Positions 36,116 to 46,327 of a stretch of 64,000 bases of DNA are shown here, one piece after another. Position 1 is the stretch's first letter. Each line of letters starts with the position of its first letter. The translations under genes and the position numbers were made by a program. The stretch spans positions 220,048 through 284,047 of the forward strand of contig DATJAY010000035.1 of NCBI GenBank assembly GCA_035515795.1, given 5' to 3'. The notes under the pieces were generated by a model that worked only from the letters and a program-made list of their open reading frames with translations, was not told the DNA's origin and made no database searches. Source of the stretch: Candidatus Acidiferrales bacterium (lineage in GTDB: Bacteria; Bacteroidota; Ignavibacteria; Kryptoniales; JAKASW01).

Positions 36116-37321
36116 TTGGCGGTCGCAATATTTCTAATTCACCTTTTCCTTCTGTACGTCGACCTTCGGCACAAGGCCGCGGGCCTGTGGACGGCGATGC
36201 CGGGGTATCTGTATCTTTTTTATTCGCATATCGTACTGGAGACCGGTCTTCTCTTTTTCATATTAATCATGACAATTTCAAAACCTGCGTCCGCCAAAGA
36301 TGTGCGCGTCTCCCACATGGCCGTTGCTGTATCGTTCATGCTTTTCTTTCTGGCATGGAGCGCCGCTTTATCCTCGGTTGATCAGATGATTCACGGATTG
36401 ATTGCTGTCCATATCATGGCCGTATTCGGAATCGCTGTTGCATTTTACGTGACGGGAGCTACGAGCCTGATGATGTACGTTGCGGCGCACGTGTTTTTCG
36501 TTGTCGGCATCTCTCAAACACAACCAAACCACGATGTGTTGCTTGGACATTATATCAACGGGTCAGCGCTCGCAGTTGTAGCTTGGGTTCTGTCACGTTT
36601 GGTTTTCTCCGCAAGAGTACGTGAATTCCTGAACACGAAGACAATCGAGCGCCAGAAAATCGAGATCGAAGACACGAAGAAGAAAATAGAATCGATCCTT
36701 AAGAATATTTTGCCTGAAAATGTCGTGAAACAAATCGACGGCAGAGATTATCCGCCGCCGGAATATAACCCTTCCACGACCATCGTGTTTGCAGATTTTG
36801 TATCATTCTATAAAATCGCGGAAACCTCAGACGCGCGGGAGGTGCTTAAAATCCTGGAGGAGATGTCAAATGCGTTCGACGAGTCAGTGAGGAAGCACAG
36901 GCTTGAAAAATTAAGAACTATCGGCGATTGTTATATGTTCGCGGGCGGCCTCTCCACAGAAAATAACCAGCTTGTCGATACAGTGGAGGGAGCACTGGAA
37001 ATTCGAGATATTGTATGCAAATTTGCGAAAGGTATTAAGACGAAAACGGGACATGAATGGGCGCTGAGGATCGGTGTCCATACGGGTCCCGCGATAACCG
37101 GAATAATCGGGACATGGCGGTTTATTTACGATGTGTGGGGTCCGACGGTAAATATCGCATCGCGGCTCGAAGCAGCATCCCTGCCGAACAAGATCAATGT
37201 TTCGCAGCGCGTGTTCGACCAGCTTCTCGAAACCGATCGTTATACACTTGAGCCGCGGGGTGCTCTAGCTATAAAAAATATGGAACCGGTCGATATGTAT
37301 TTTGTCGAGAGAAAAGTTTAG
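36116..37321 (+). CDS. Membrane-anchored class III adenylate/guanylate cyclase. The true N-terminus is possibly upstream (see the in-frame TAG finding).
   Basis: Five to six TM helices, then TIVFADFVSF, LRTIGDCYMFAGG, RIGVHTGPAITGIIG, YDVWGPTVNIASRLE. TAG stop. Confidence 0.85.
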   Translation: MAVAIFLIHLFLLYVDLRHKAAGLWTAMPGYLYLFYSHIVLETGLLFFILIMTISKPASAKDVRVSHMAVAVSFMLFFLAWSAALSSVDQMIHGLIAVHIMAVFGIAVAFYVTGATSLMMYVAAHVFFVVGISQTQPNHDVLLGHYINGSALAVVAWVLSRLVFSARVREFLNTKTIERQKIEIEDTKKKIESILKNILPENVVKQIDGRDYPPPEYNPSTTIVFADFVSFYKIAETSDAREVLKILEEMSNAFDESVRKHRLEKLRTIGDCYMFAGGLSTENNQLVDTVEGALEIRDIVCKFAKGIKTKTGHEWALRIGVHTGPAITGIIGTWRFIYDVWGPTVNIASRLEAASLPNKINVSQRVFDQLLETDRYTLEPRGALAIKNMEPVDMYFVERKV

Positions 37322-37350
37322 CCCGGACGGGATCGAAACCCGGTCCTGCA

Positions 37351-37803
37351 TCATTCCCTCTTTTTCTCAAAGAATTCCCTCAAAAGCAATTTTGCGTCGT
37401 CATCCATTATGCCGGAAATTATCTCCACTCGATGATTCAACCGTTCATCCTGCACGATGTTATACAAAGTGGAACATGCTCCCATCTTTGGATCGAACGA
37501 TCCGAACACAATCCTGTCGAGTCGTGAAAGAACGATCGCTCCCGCGCACATCGGGCACGGCTCGAGCGTTACGTAGAGCGTGCACCCTTTCAATCTCCAG
37601 CTCCCGAGATGGTTTGCCGCGGCGCCGATCGCAATTATCTCCGCGTGAGCCGTCGGATCCTGAAGCCTTTCAACCTGGTTGTGCGCCCGCGCTATAATAG
37701 CATCGCTTTTGACTATCACCGCGCCTACCGGCACTTCGTTATTGCTGTAGGCTTCCTCCGCCTCTTTCAAGGCGGCAAACATGAAACGCTGATGGTTACT
37801 CAA
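37351..37803 (-). CDS. tadA: tRNA adenosine(34) deaminase
   Basis: VPVGAVIV, HAEIIAI, TLEPCPMCAGAI. Confidence 0.9.
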   Translation of the reverse strand: MSNHQRFMFAALKEAEEAYSNNEVPVGAVIVKSDAIIARAHNQVERLQDPTAHAEIIAIGAAANHLGSWRLKGCTLYVTLEPCPMCAGAIVLSRLDRIVFGSFDPKMGACSTLYNIVQDERLNHRVEIISGIMDDDAKLLLREFFEKKRE

Positions 37804-37889
37804 TAATTCTCAATCCTAATTTTTGGATTTCAGATTGAGTCTAAGGGTTCAGAATTCAATACCAAAAATTCAACCTTCAAAGTTTTTCA

Positions 37890-40800
37890 TCATCCTGCTA
37901 TTGAAACGTGTACGTCGACGCCGGCCTCATTTGTCGTCGTGCCGGGAACCTGCGAAGCCTGAACCGTCGGAATAATTTTCGTGTTCCGGTAATAAATCGA
38001 TGCCGTCACTCGCTGGCTCACTTCGTACCTGAATCGAATCTCAAGCGTAGTCTGAGTGGTTCCACTGAGCGGACTGCCGCTCCCGCTAAAATTGTTCATG
38101 TCAAAGTTGAACTGCGTCGATGAGGCGGCTGAATAGCTTGCGCTTATGTCGACGTCATTTTGCAGATTTAATCCGAATAAGGGTATAGAAAACCCTCTCT
38201 TTGCATAGTCTGCCGTGATTGTGAGTTGTCCTGTATGCTGCTGTGCGATCGAAAAATTATTCGGATTCAAGCTATACTGGTCGGATGTGTTATACAGAAT
38301 CGAACCCGATATTGTCGCGTCGCCTATGCTTTTGAATGCGATGTTGAGTCCGGCCAAGGGCTGAAAACCGTAAGACACCGTCTGTGCATCTGTGACCTGA
38401 GCAGCCCCGTTTGTGATGTGCCAGTTTTCTGAGTATGTCGATTGGTATGCATGATTGAAACTTACGTGAGTAGCAAAACTTTTGAACAGCGGAAACTGTT
38501 CGAGACCGTCCCAGGTAAACGAATAGTTCATTCGCGGCATGTACTGTCCGAATATTTTGTCAAGAATTGGAAGTGTTTCGAATCCTTTGACGAACGCCTG
38601 TGAAAGCTTCTGCTGGTCTGAGACCGTATTTGTCGGATCGTTTTTATTTGCTTGATAATCCGTCTCGACCTGATTTATTCCGCTCTTAAACGCGGAAAGG
38701 AACAGCACCGGCGGGATTGTAAAGAAGCTCCTGTTGATTTGCCCGGAAAGCGCAATGTTGGCAGTGGCGGAGTCATATATCGGATTACCGCGTGTGTCGG
38801 TCGCGTATTGGATGTTGCGATTATAACTCCACCCGACGTGCCACGAGAGATCTATTCTTGCGCCCTGCCATAAATTTCTCGAGGTCCTAATGTCCATTGA
38901 ATTAGTATTTGTAAAGATATCATTGATGATAAATCTACTTGAATCGGACGGACTGGCAATTCTCACGGTCTGAGTCTCCCCGAAGCCAAAGAAGGGAAAG
39001 CCTTTCTTTGTGAAAAAGACGAGCTTGCTGTAAGGATCGGAAATAAGTCCGAGTTGATACAGTTGTGAGGGGCCGAGCGCCGGATTATTCTCCTGGATGA
39101 ACGGTACTCTGAAAAAATTCGCCATACCCGGTCTTAGAGATGGCAGTCCGTTGTTCTGCGACATATCAGCGGAAGAGAAATTTATCGAGACGCTCTCGAA
39201 ATTCAGGAACGGGACCTTTATCAGGATATTTGCAAGATTGCCGAGTTGGTTTCCTTTTCCGCCGCTTGCAGTGACCGTTGATGTCGTGTCTGCAGGAAGC
39301 TCGAATTCCTCGCGTCCATGGCCGCGTCCCCGTGCATTTGAGGAAGGTGGCTGTGGTTGAAGAGTATCGGGTGTGGTGGATATTGCCGCGCTCGTACTTC
39401 CACCGAACAAAGGATCGGTAAGCGCCTTCAAACGAATGGTTGAGCCTAACTGCAAAGTGCCATTGACGCCCGATGTTTTCGCAAGCTGTGCTTGTTGCAG
39501 GTTATTGCTCCAATGATATGCGGAGTTATAGCTCGCCTGCATATCAATATATTGCTGTATATTGAACGGAAGTTTCGGCTGTGTCGTGAGCGAAAATTGC
39601 TGAGAGTAATCGTAATCGGAGCCGAAGTTTATAAGCCCGTTGTTCAGGAATATCTGGCGGAACACATAAGAGTCCGGGCGCGGTATGCTTTTGCCACCGG
39701 CCGTATCTACGTCGATCAAATAAAGCGAGCTGTTTACTGAAAACCGATAGTCGATAGTAGGATTCAGTATTCCATTATTGGTCAGGCGCCAGTTGAAACC
39801 TCCCGATCTCGACGACGAGAAATTCGGCGTAATTCTAGGATTAATTTGCGTCCAGTAATCCTCCACCGCGAGCATCCTCGATGCACTCATAGACAAGTTA
39901 AACGAGCTCGGCAAATACCTGATCTGGAAATCCTGGCCTGGAGAATTTGTCGAAGGAATGTTCCCGGGAGGGTTAATATTTTCGGGACCTCCACTGGGAG
40001 GATTGAAACCTCGTGGATTTGGATTGGAAATCGGCGAGCTGCTTGTTGTTGTCTTGCTCTTCGACGGAAAAGGTGTAAACCATGCCGCAGGATCAAGCTG
40101 GACCGAATACCCGCTTGAAAAATTCCATGTCCATTGATTTCCGCTCTTGACCTGGGTGTCTCGATACTGTGAACCAGACCAGCTGTATCCCATAGTGATA
40201 TTGTTGAGGATATCCTTGAAATACCATTTTGTGGAAGGAACGGCTATACGCAGCGTAGGAATCGACCAGGAATTCTGAACTCTCAGCACCTGCGAACTGG
40301 TCTGCAGGCTATCCGCCAGGGATGCGGCGGCTCCCGGTGCATATCCCAGGGTATCCAGGTACTGCTTCCTTTTTGCAACGGCTTCGCTGACGAGTATGTC
40401 GCTTCCGGCAAGGTACAACGGATTTGAAAAGCTTTCGCTGTGAGAATAAGCAAATGGTATGCTCGTCCCTTGCCATTCGCGCGGCAGGAGTCTCTCGAGA
40501 CTGAGGGAAGCGTTTACTCCCCAGTTCTGCTGCGTATTCAACGATCCAAACTGGGTTGTAAGTCCGTGAAAGTACGGATCTGTCTTAGAGAAATTGAATG
40601 CAAGTGCGCCAAAGTCGGCGAGCTGGAGATTTGCGCTGAAACTATAAGCACCGCCTGGAGTATTGTCGGCGTCCGTGAGCCTGAGTTCATCGACCCAGAC
40701 AGACCCGTGAAGCACTGTCGCGCTTCCAGCCCTCTTGTTCGTGATCCCGATCTGGAAATATGAAACACTCATCAACGACGGGTTCCCTTGAAGCCAGTAA

Positions 40801-43800
40801 GTCGAGCCGGGAATTCCATTGTCGGTGGGAAGAGGCACGACGTTTGGTTGATTTACAGAGTCCCGCCGCTGTTTGATCGCAGTGAGTTCCGCAAAATTGA
40901 TAGTTATATCCTGCCAGCCGGCCCTTATGGGGGGCACAGGATTGTTTATGTACCTAAGAGGTTGTCTATATTCATAAAAGTTCAGCGAATCGCTGCCGAA
41001 TCTTATGTAAATGTCCGCATCATGATCAGTGGAATCAACGTAACGGAAATTCGGATCTCCATGAACAAAGAACTTCATGTCTTTATAGTGGAAAACGTTT
41101 AGCGAAGTCGGAAGATACTTGAGCACATATCTCGAATCGCCACCATGCAAGCCATTGAGGATCAAATCCAGAGACTGCTCGTTGAGTGTAAGGGGAGTCG
41201 TCGGATTTGAATGATCGACCGGCTGAAGACCCGGAACAGGCGCATTATAACCGGGATTATCGAAGACATCGACGACGGAAGCTTGCATTGTCGTGTCCTT
41301 CACGTCCGGTGTCCGCCAATAGTTTCCGACGAGGTCCATCTCCGCTATATTTACCAGCATGGGTGAAGTCATTCCATCGAACCAGACTCTGACGGATTGC
41401 ACCACGGAAAGGCTCGGCTGCCCGATAACTTTCGAAGTATCTTTAAGCGGGATCAGGTATTCGTACCATCCTTTCGAGCCAACACCGGCGACATACTTAT
41501 TGTTCGTCGTGTCCAGCTTTACGTCGTACTCGTAATAACTGTTCGTCTGATCTAAGAATCGATTGTGGTTAAGATCCTCGCCATCTGGAAGAAGCCCAGT
41601 CGCGGAGACGGAATTATACTTTGTACCGTTGACTCTAAGATAATTATGACCGTTTATGTCTGCGAAGTAAGCACCTCCGTCGGGATCCGCACTGATGGAA
41701 TCATTAACGTTCCACCATGGTCGGTCCGGCTTGTCTTTGATCCACGGAAATAATGAATTCTCCTCCGCAATCGAAAACTGGTCTATTCCAAGATCGTTAT
41801 TGCGCACTCCTAAACCGGTAGTGTCCTCCGAGCGAAAGACTCCATCCCCAAAGACATCCTCTCCGATCTGCCCGATATCGACGTGCATAGTGCCGTGGGG
41901 ATGCGTCGATGGATCGATCTGCATCCAAACCTCCAGGTAGTTTATGTTTTGCCCGACGAGGTCGCTGGCGTTGGACGAGAGATCCACCATCATGCCACCC
42001 CATGCCAGTTTTGCCAGGTTTGGATTGTTGTTCTTGGTATCCAAAGTCGTGTCTATGTCGCGGGCTCTATTGTATTGACCCCTCACGGTGTCGAGGAAAC
42101 CAACATGGAGCACCGTCACCGTCTGCTGATCGACGGAAACCTGTTTGCTGGGCCATATATCCTTAGAAAGTGTAGTCGGCGGAATATCGTTGTACCAGTA
42201 TGCCCATCCGCGATAGTCGTTCTTCGTTGAGTCAGGCACTTCCCGGTTTAACACCGAATCTATGGCGGTGTTCTTTGGCGGACTTGCTATCGACCATGAA
42301 GAGAAGTTTATCGGCAGAGGGATAGTTCTTTTCGCTCCCTCAAAGTCGTCAATGTACGCCACGCCCTGTCCGTTGTCATCCGGGATCGGGCTCGTCCTTG
42401 TGTTGGGATTCGGAAGCATGTAAGCGGCTTCACCGTGCAACGTTAACCTTGATGGAGCAGCCGTCTGGATCAAAGGAAGCGCATCGAGAGCTTTCGTAAG
42501 GAATGGAAGATCGGCGGAGGTTCCTCCATCGACTCCAAGTATCAAATTGCTCATCGGTTCTTCCCCAACCTGGACTTTATCGTTTGGCGACTGGAGCGAG
42601 TAGTTCATCAAGGTAAATCCAAGACCGGTCTGGTCGTTGATTTTCAAATCGCCCCTAAGACCGCTGAGCGATTTTGATGCGATTGTGAAAATGTCGTTCG
42701 TCTCGTATTGAATCTGGACGTTCGCACCCGGCTGGAGCGCCGCCTGATTTCTAATAGTCAGTTCACCGGTGAGATAATCGATGGAATAATCCTGGTCGGG
42801 GACCAGCGGCTGGCCGTTGTACAGAACTTTGACGCTTCCCTGGACGAGATTAAACCCGAGGGGAATTCTAGAAGTGCTCGAACCAACGTAGGAACCGGTT
42901 ACCGAAAAGAGGTTGTGTGTATCCGAAGGATAAAAATCGTCCGTCGTATCATAAATAGACTCATATACAAAGGAATCTGGATTCGATATCGAATAACCGT
43001 TTCCAGATTGGTGGAACGCCTCCACGAAAGGCTCGATGAACGGGAAGATTAGCTCGCCGTGATATGAGTCTATGTCGACCCCGTCGTTATAATAAAAAGT
43101 ATTCTGCGCGCCTGCAGTTCCCGTTCCGTCGATGCGAAACAAGTGTACGAGGCTTATCCCGTTTATATTATCCTGCGCCGTGGTGCCGGACGGCGTGTAA
43201 AGTATCTTAAGATCCTTTATGGAACTCGCGCTGAGATTCGTTCCTCCGACGGAGTAAATGTTCCGCAGCATCAATCGCCAGGCTTCCGCGTGACTGGCAT
43301 CGTGGATTAGTTTATTTTTCGGCTTTACTAGCTTGAGAACCAGCCTGTCTTTTGCTGATGTATCGGCAAAAGAAAAGGTGCCGTAAGTATTGCCCCCTTG
43401 TGTGCTGTAGACGACTGCTATTATCTGCTCAGCGGTATAACTGGTATTGAGAGTCAGAACGCCGGTGTTCTTATCAATGCTGTACTGAGACGGATCAAGT
43501 TTTATAAAAAGGCCGTTTTCAACCTGCCCCGAGGAATCGGTGGCGCCTTTGGTTTGTAAATTTGAATAATAACTTTGGCTGGCTGTGTTATTGGGAGGCA
43601 GGTCCATCACGGTTACACAAGATCTAACATTAGGATTTCCCGCGGGATTAAAAATCGATTCGTAAACTTCGATCTGTGTAATGATGAGAGCCTGCTTATC
43701 TATTTGAGTACGGCCGCTTTGATAGTAGTCTTCATATTCCCCGATATAATTCGTATCGATGAAGAAATGGTTTTGCGAAAAATCGGTAGCACGGAAACTG

Positions 43801-44999
43801 ATTGGCAGGGCAGAAGATCCGCCGCTGTAAGTCAGACTTTTCCCCTGTGCTTTCTGTTGACTTGCGAGTCCAGTAAGAGTGAGCGGACCGAATTGAGCAG
43901 TGGCTTTGATTCCGAACAGCGCCTGGCTGCTCCCGACAAATGAAGACGGCGTAGACATAGATACGTTTCCCGCCTCGACGCTCTTGATAATTTCGTCGTC
44001 GTAGCCCGTGTACTTTATATGCAGCTGGTTTTCATAGTCGAACTGGTTTTGAGTATCCCAGTTTGCTCCGATGCTCAGTTTGTCTCCCACCGTTCCGTCG
44101 ACATTTATCTGGACATCCTGTTTGAAATCCGGCTGGTTCGTAACATTCCCGAGCGCGGAGAGAGTCTGCTGGTCGGTTTTTTGATTTCTCCATGCACCAT
44201 GGACATCGACGGCTCCCGATATTTTTAAATTGATCCTTGGAGGACCAAAGATGCTGAGAACTGGATTCGAAGGAATCGGTATGTCTATGTTGGTTATCCC
44301 CGACATGAGAGAGCCAAGCTGGTTCACACCTGTTTTCGAGGTGTACGCATGAGCAAGATCTTCCCAATTTTTCTGGATAAAATAATTTTCCTCAAGCTTG
44401 ACGTACTGGTTCAATGGAATCTGGATTGGAATTCTTATGTCTTTTCCCCACAGTGTTTCCTGAACGTCCACATCGTCCCCGGCACTGTCGATGGTGGCAG
44501 TTCTCTGCACCACGTCGGAATAGATGAAAAGCGGGTAACGATATCCGGGAAAGATCTGTGCCTGGGGATTGTCGTGCCTTATCCCCGACAGCCATTTGGA
44601 AAGTTTCAGCGAATCTAAAGAAATTGTGTCCGACTTTATCCCTGAAGAATCCGTGCGAGCCAGCATCGAGTCCGTTTTTCCTCTTGCAGAAAGAGTATCA
44701 TAGGCGTGCTTTGACATCAGACTGTCGCCAACCTCCGGCCGGATGGATTGCTCCTTTCCGCGGGCAATGGAATCTATCGACGCGGATTTAACCGTATCGC
44801 GATTGGTAGAAACGTTTTGCGGTGATGGATGGCCTAACGAGGTCGTATCCCGTCGTGAGGAACCAGGCTGGTAATTTCCCGTCTTCGCAGCGTGTCCAAA
44901 GCATCCCGTGAAGATAAATGCCCACACTCCGGCATTAATTATGCAAACGGGGACGGCTGTCAGCGCGAAGCGGCTCGTATTAGCCTTAATAATTTCCAC
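37890..44999 (-). CDS. sprA: T9SS outer-membrane translocon SprA/Sov
   Basis: Single 2369-aa ORF with GTG start. Size, beta-rich composition and N-terminal blocks (e.g. DFKQDVQINVDGTVGDKLSIGANWDTQNQFDYENQLHIKYTGYDDEIIKSVEAGNVSM) match my recollection of SprA. Confidence 0.85.
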   Translation of the reverse strand: MEIIKANTSRFALTAVPVCIINAGVWAFIFTGCFGHAAKTGNYQPGSSRRDTTSLGHPSPQNVSTNRDTVKSASIDSIARGKEQSIRPEVGDSLMSKHAYDTLSARGKTDSMLARTDSSGIKSDTISLDSLKLSKWLSGIRHDNPQAQIFPGYRYPLFIYSDVVQRTATIDSAGDDVDVQETLWGKDIRIPIQIPLNQYVKLEENYFIQKNWEDLAHAYTSKTGVNQLGSLMSGITNIDIPIPSNPVLSIFGPPRINLKISGAVDVHGAWRNQKTDQQTLSALGNVTNQPDFKQDVQINVDGTVGDKLSIGANWDTQNQFDYENQLHIKYTGYDDEIIKSVEAGNVSMSTPSSFVGSSQALFGIKATAQFGPLTLTGLASQQKAQGKSLTYSGGSSALPISFRATDFSQNHFFIDTNYIGEYEDYYQSGRTQIDKQALIITQIEVYESIFNPAGNPNVRSCVTVMDLPPNNTASQSYYSNLQTKGATDSSGQVENGLFIKLDPSQYSIDKNTGVLTLNTSYTAEQIIAVVYSTQGGNTYGTFSFADTSAKDRLVLKLVKPKNKLIHDASHAEAWRLMLRNIYSVGGTNLSASSIKDLKILYTPSGTTAQDNINGISLVHLFRIDGTGTAGAQNTFYYNDGVDIDSYHGELIFPFIEPFVEAFHQSGNGYSISNPDSFVYESIYDTTDDFYPSDTHNLFSVTGSYVGSSTSRIPLGFNLVQGSVKVLYNGQPLVPDQDYSIDYLTGELTIRNQAALQPGANVQIQYETNDIFTIASKSLSGLRGDLKINDQTGLGFTLMNYSLQSPNDKVQVGEEPMSNLILGVDGGTSADLPFLTKALDALPLIQTAAPSRLTLHGEAAYMLPNPNTRTSPIPDDNGQGVAYIDDFEGAKRTIPLPINFSSWSIASPPKNTAIDSVLNREVPDSTKNDYRGWAYWYNDIPPTTLSKDIWPSKQVSVDQQTVTVLHVGFLDTVRGQYNRARDIDTTLDTKNNNPNLAKLAWGGMMVDLSSNASDLVGQNINYLEVWMQIDPSTHPHGTMHVDIGQIGEDVFGDGVFRSEDTTGLGVRNNDLGIDQFSIAEENSLFPWIKDKPDRPWWNVNDSISADPDGGAYFADINGHNYLRVNGTKYNSVSATGLLPDGEDLNHNRFLDQTNSYYEYDVKLDTTNNKYVAGVGSKGWYEYLIPLKDTSKVIGQPSLSVVQSVRVWFDGMTSPMLVNIAEMDLVGNYWRTPDVKDTTMQASVVDVFDNPGYNAPVPGLQPVDHSNPTTPLTLNEQSLDLILNGLHGGDSRYVLKYLPTSLNVFHYKDMKFFVHGDPNFRYVDSTDHDADIYIRFGSDSLNFYEYRQPLRYINNPVPPIRAGWQDITINFAELTAIKQRRDSVNQPNVVPLPTDNGIPGSTYWLQGNPSLMSVSYFQIGITNKRAGSATVLHGSVWVDELRLTDADNTPGGAYSFSANLQLADFGALAFNFSKTDPYFHGLTTQFGSLNTQQNWGVNASLSLERLLPREWQGTSIPFAYSHSESFSNPLYLAGSDILVSEAVAKRKQYLDTLGYAPGAAASLADSLQTSSQVLRVQNSWSIPTLRIAVPSTKWYFKDILNNITMGYSWSGSQYRDTQVKSGNQWTWNFSSGYSVQLDPAAWFTPFPSKSKTTTSSSPISNPNPRGFNPPSGGPENINPPGNIPSTNSPGQDFQIRYLPSSFNLSMSASRMLAVEDYWTQINPRITPNFSSSRSGGFNWRLTNNGILNPTIDYRFSVNSSLYLIDVDTAGGKSIPRPDSYVFRQIFLNNGLINFGSDYDYSQQFSLTTQPKLPFNIQQYIDMQASYNSAYHWSNNLQQAQLAKTSGVNGTLQLGSTIRLKALTDPLFGGSTSAAISTTPDTLQPQPPSSNARGRGHGREEFELPADTTSTVTASGGKGNQLGNLANILIKVPFLNFESVSINFSSADMSQNNGLPSLRPGMANFFRVPFIQENNPALGPSQLYQLGLISDPYSKLVFFTKKGFPFFGFGETQTVRIASPSDSSRFIINDIFTNTNSMDIRTSRNLWQGARIDLSWHVGWSYNRNIQYATDTRGNPIYDSATANIALSGQINRSFFTIPPVLFLSAFKSGINQVETDYQANKNDPTNTVSDQQKLSQAFVKGFETLPILDKIFGQYMPRMNYSFTWDGLEQFPLFKSFATHVSFNHAYQSTYSENWHITNGAAQVTDAQTVSYGFQPLAGLNIAFKSIGDATISGSILYNTSDQYSLNPNNFSIAQQHTGQLTITADYAKRGFSIPLFGLNLQNDVDISASYSAASSTQFNFDMNNFSGSGSPLSGTTQTTLEIRFRYEVSQRVTASIYYRNTKIIPTVQASQVPGTTTNEAGVDVHVSIAG

Positions 45000-45038
45000 C
45001 TATACAGACTGCTTAATACTACTCGACGAATAATTTTA

Positions 45039-45067
45039 TTGACACTTTAGCAATCTGTATGTATAAG
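45039..45067 (+). promoter_or_regulatory. Candidate sigma70-like promoter in the sprA / regulator divergent region
   Basis: TTGACA - 17 nt - TATAAG. Pattern match only. It would give a leader of ~325 nt for the gene at 45394. Confidence 0.3.
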
Positions 45068-45393
45068 GCTCCATGAGTTTAAGTGCTTATATGTGAAAAA
45101 AATATCAAAGCCCAGAGTAAATATCAAGCAAGGAAGGTATGCCTCTTTCGATGGGTCATCAAAAGCCGTCTGAACGAGAAGCCCGGCTGAATGTGTAAAA
45201 AACAACGAATTCAATGACGCTCTTCGTTCTTGGTTAAGTCTTTTCCCGGGGAATCTTTGCGAGGCTGGTGCGGTTAACTCAATAGAGAGTGCGTCTTTGA
45301 AAATATTCTTTAAGTTCCTCGTTCTGGTATGTCGCCGATAACTACAAATCTTTTGCCGAGAAGTGACGGACCGGAGGAAGGGAGGCAAATGGA

Positions 45394-45804
45394 ATGCGTG
45401 ATTCTTCCAGTGGTTGGGATAGAAAACGGGAGGGCGAAAAGATTCTCATTGCTGAAGACGAGCAAGCGATGAGGGAACTGGTCGTCGAGATTCTTGAGAG
45501 TGCCGGTTACACGGTTATCGCAGCGTCGAATGGAATCGAAGCTGTCGATGCTTTCAACAAAGAGAAAAACGAAATCTGTCTTGTGATTCTTGATAGAAAT
45601 ATGCCCGAGATGAACGGCGACGAGACCTTTCGCGCTCTGAAGAAAATCGGCTTGAACGTTCCCCTCCTCATCTCAAGCGGGTCCATTAAGGATGAGGGAA
45701 AGCTGGTTGGCGAGGGAGTCACGGGTCTTATTGGAAAGCCTTACAGCATTGAGGAGCTGCTTGAAAAGGTAAAGTCGACTTTGGAAAAACAGAAGAAGAG
45801 CTGA
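45394..45804 (+). CDS. Single-domain (CheY-like) response regulator
   Basis: SD GGAGG. ILIAEDEQAMRE, LVILDRNMPEMNG, LISSG, GKP. Confidence 0.85.
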   Translation: MRDSSSGWDRKREGEKILIAEDEQAMRELVVEILESAGYTVIAASNGIEAVDAFNKEKNEICLVILDRNMPEMNGDETFRALKKIGLNVPLLISSGSIKDEGKLVGEGVTGLIGKPYSIEELLEKVKSTLEKQKKS

Positions 45805-45824
45805 GCAAAAATCCCTGGTGGCGT

Positions 45825-46235
45825 TTAACCGTCCAGCATGCTTGTCTTCCTGAAAATCTTGTCGTCGGGCTCCCACAACTCGATCTTGTTCCCTTCAGGA
45901 TCCATGATCCATCCAAACTTGCCGTAATCATATTTCTCTATGTCTCCGACAATTTCTACTCCCTCTTCCCTGAGTCTTTCGATCAGGGCTTCGAGGTTTT
46001 CTACGCGGTAGTTGATCATGAAATCTTTCGTCGATGGATGAAAATATTTCGTCACCCTCTCGAAAGGTCCCCATACCGTATGCCCGTATTCGCCCGCTTT
46101 TTCCTTCTGCATCCATTCAAAAACAGCGCTTTCCCCAACTGGAGAAATTCCCAGATGTTCGTTGTACCATCTCAAAATACTTTCCGGATTCTCGCATTTG
46201 AAGAAGATTCCACCTATTCCCGTTACGCGTTTCAT
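45825..46235 (-). CDS. VOC-family (glyoxalase/bleomycin-resistance fold) protein
   Basis: SD GGAGG plus ATG 46235. GIGGIFFK, DPEGNKIELWE. Confidence 0.8.
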   Translation of the reverse strand: MKRVTGIGGIFFKCENPESILRWYNEHLGISPVGESAVFEWMQKEKAGEYGHTVWGPFERVTKYFHPSTKDFMINYRVENLEALIERLREEGVEIVGDIEKYDYGKFGWIMDPEGNKIELWEPDDKIFRKTSMLDG

Positions 46236-46327
46236 AATTTCGCCTCCTCTTTGAACCAAAAACAGTTGTCAGTCAGAAGCAGTTCAGCTCCGAACTTCGA
46301 TCTCCGTTTTTTTAAAACTATACCATC

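Noticed and set aside
45047-45388. 113-codon minus-strand ORF in the sprA / regulator divergent region.
   Set aside because: It is highly basic and low-complexity, with no SD. It lies where promoters and the leader of the 45394 gene are expected.
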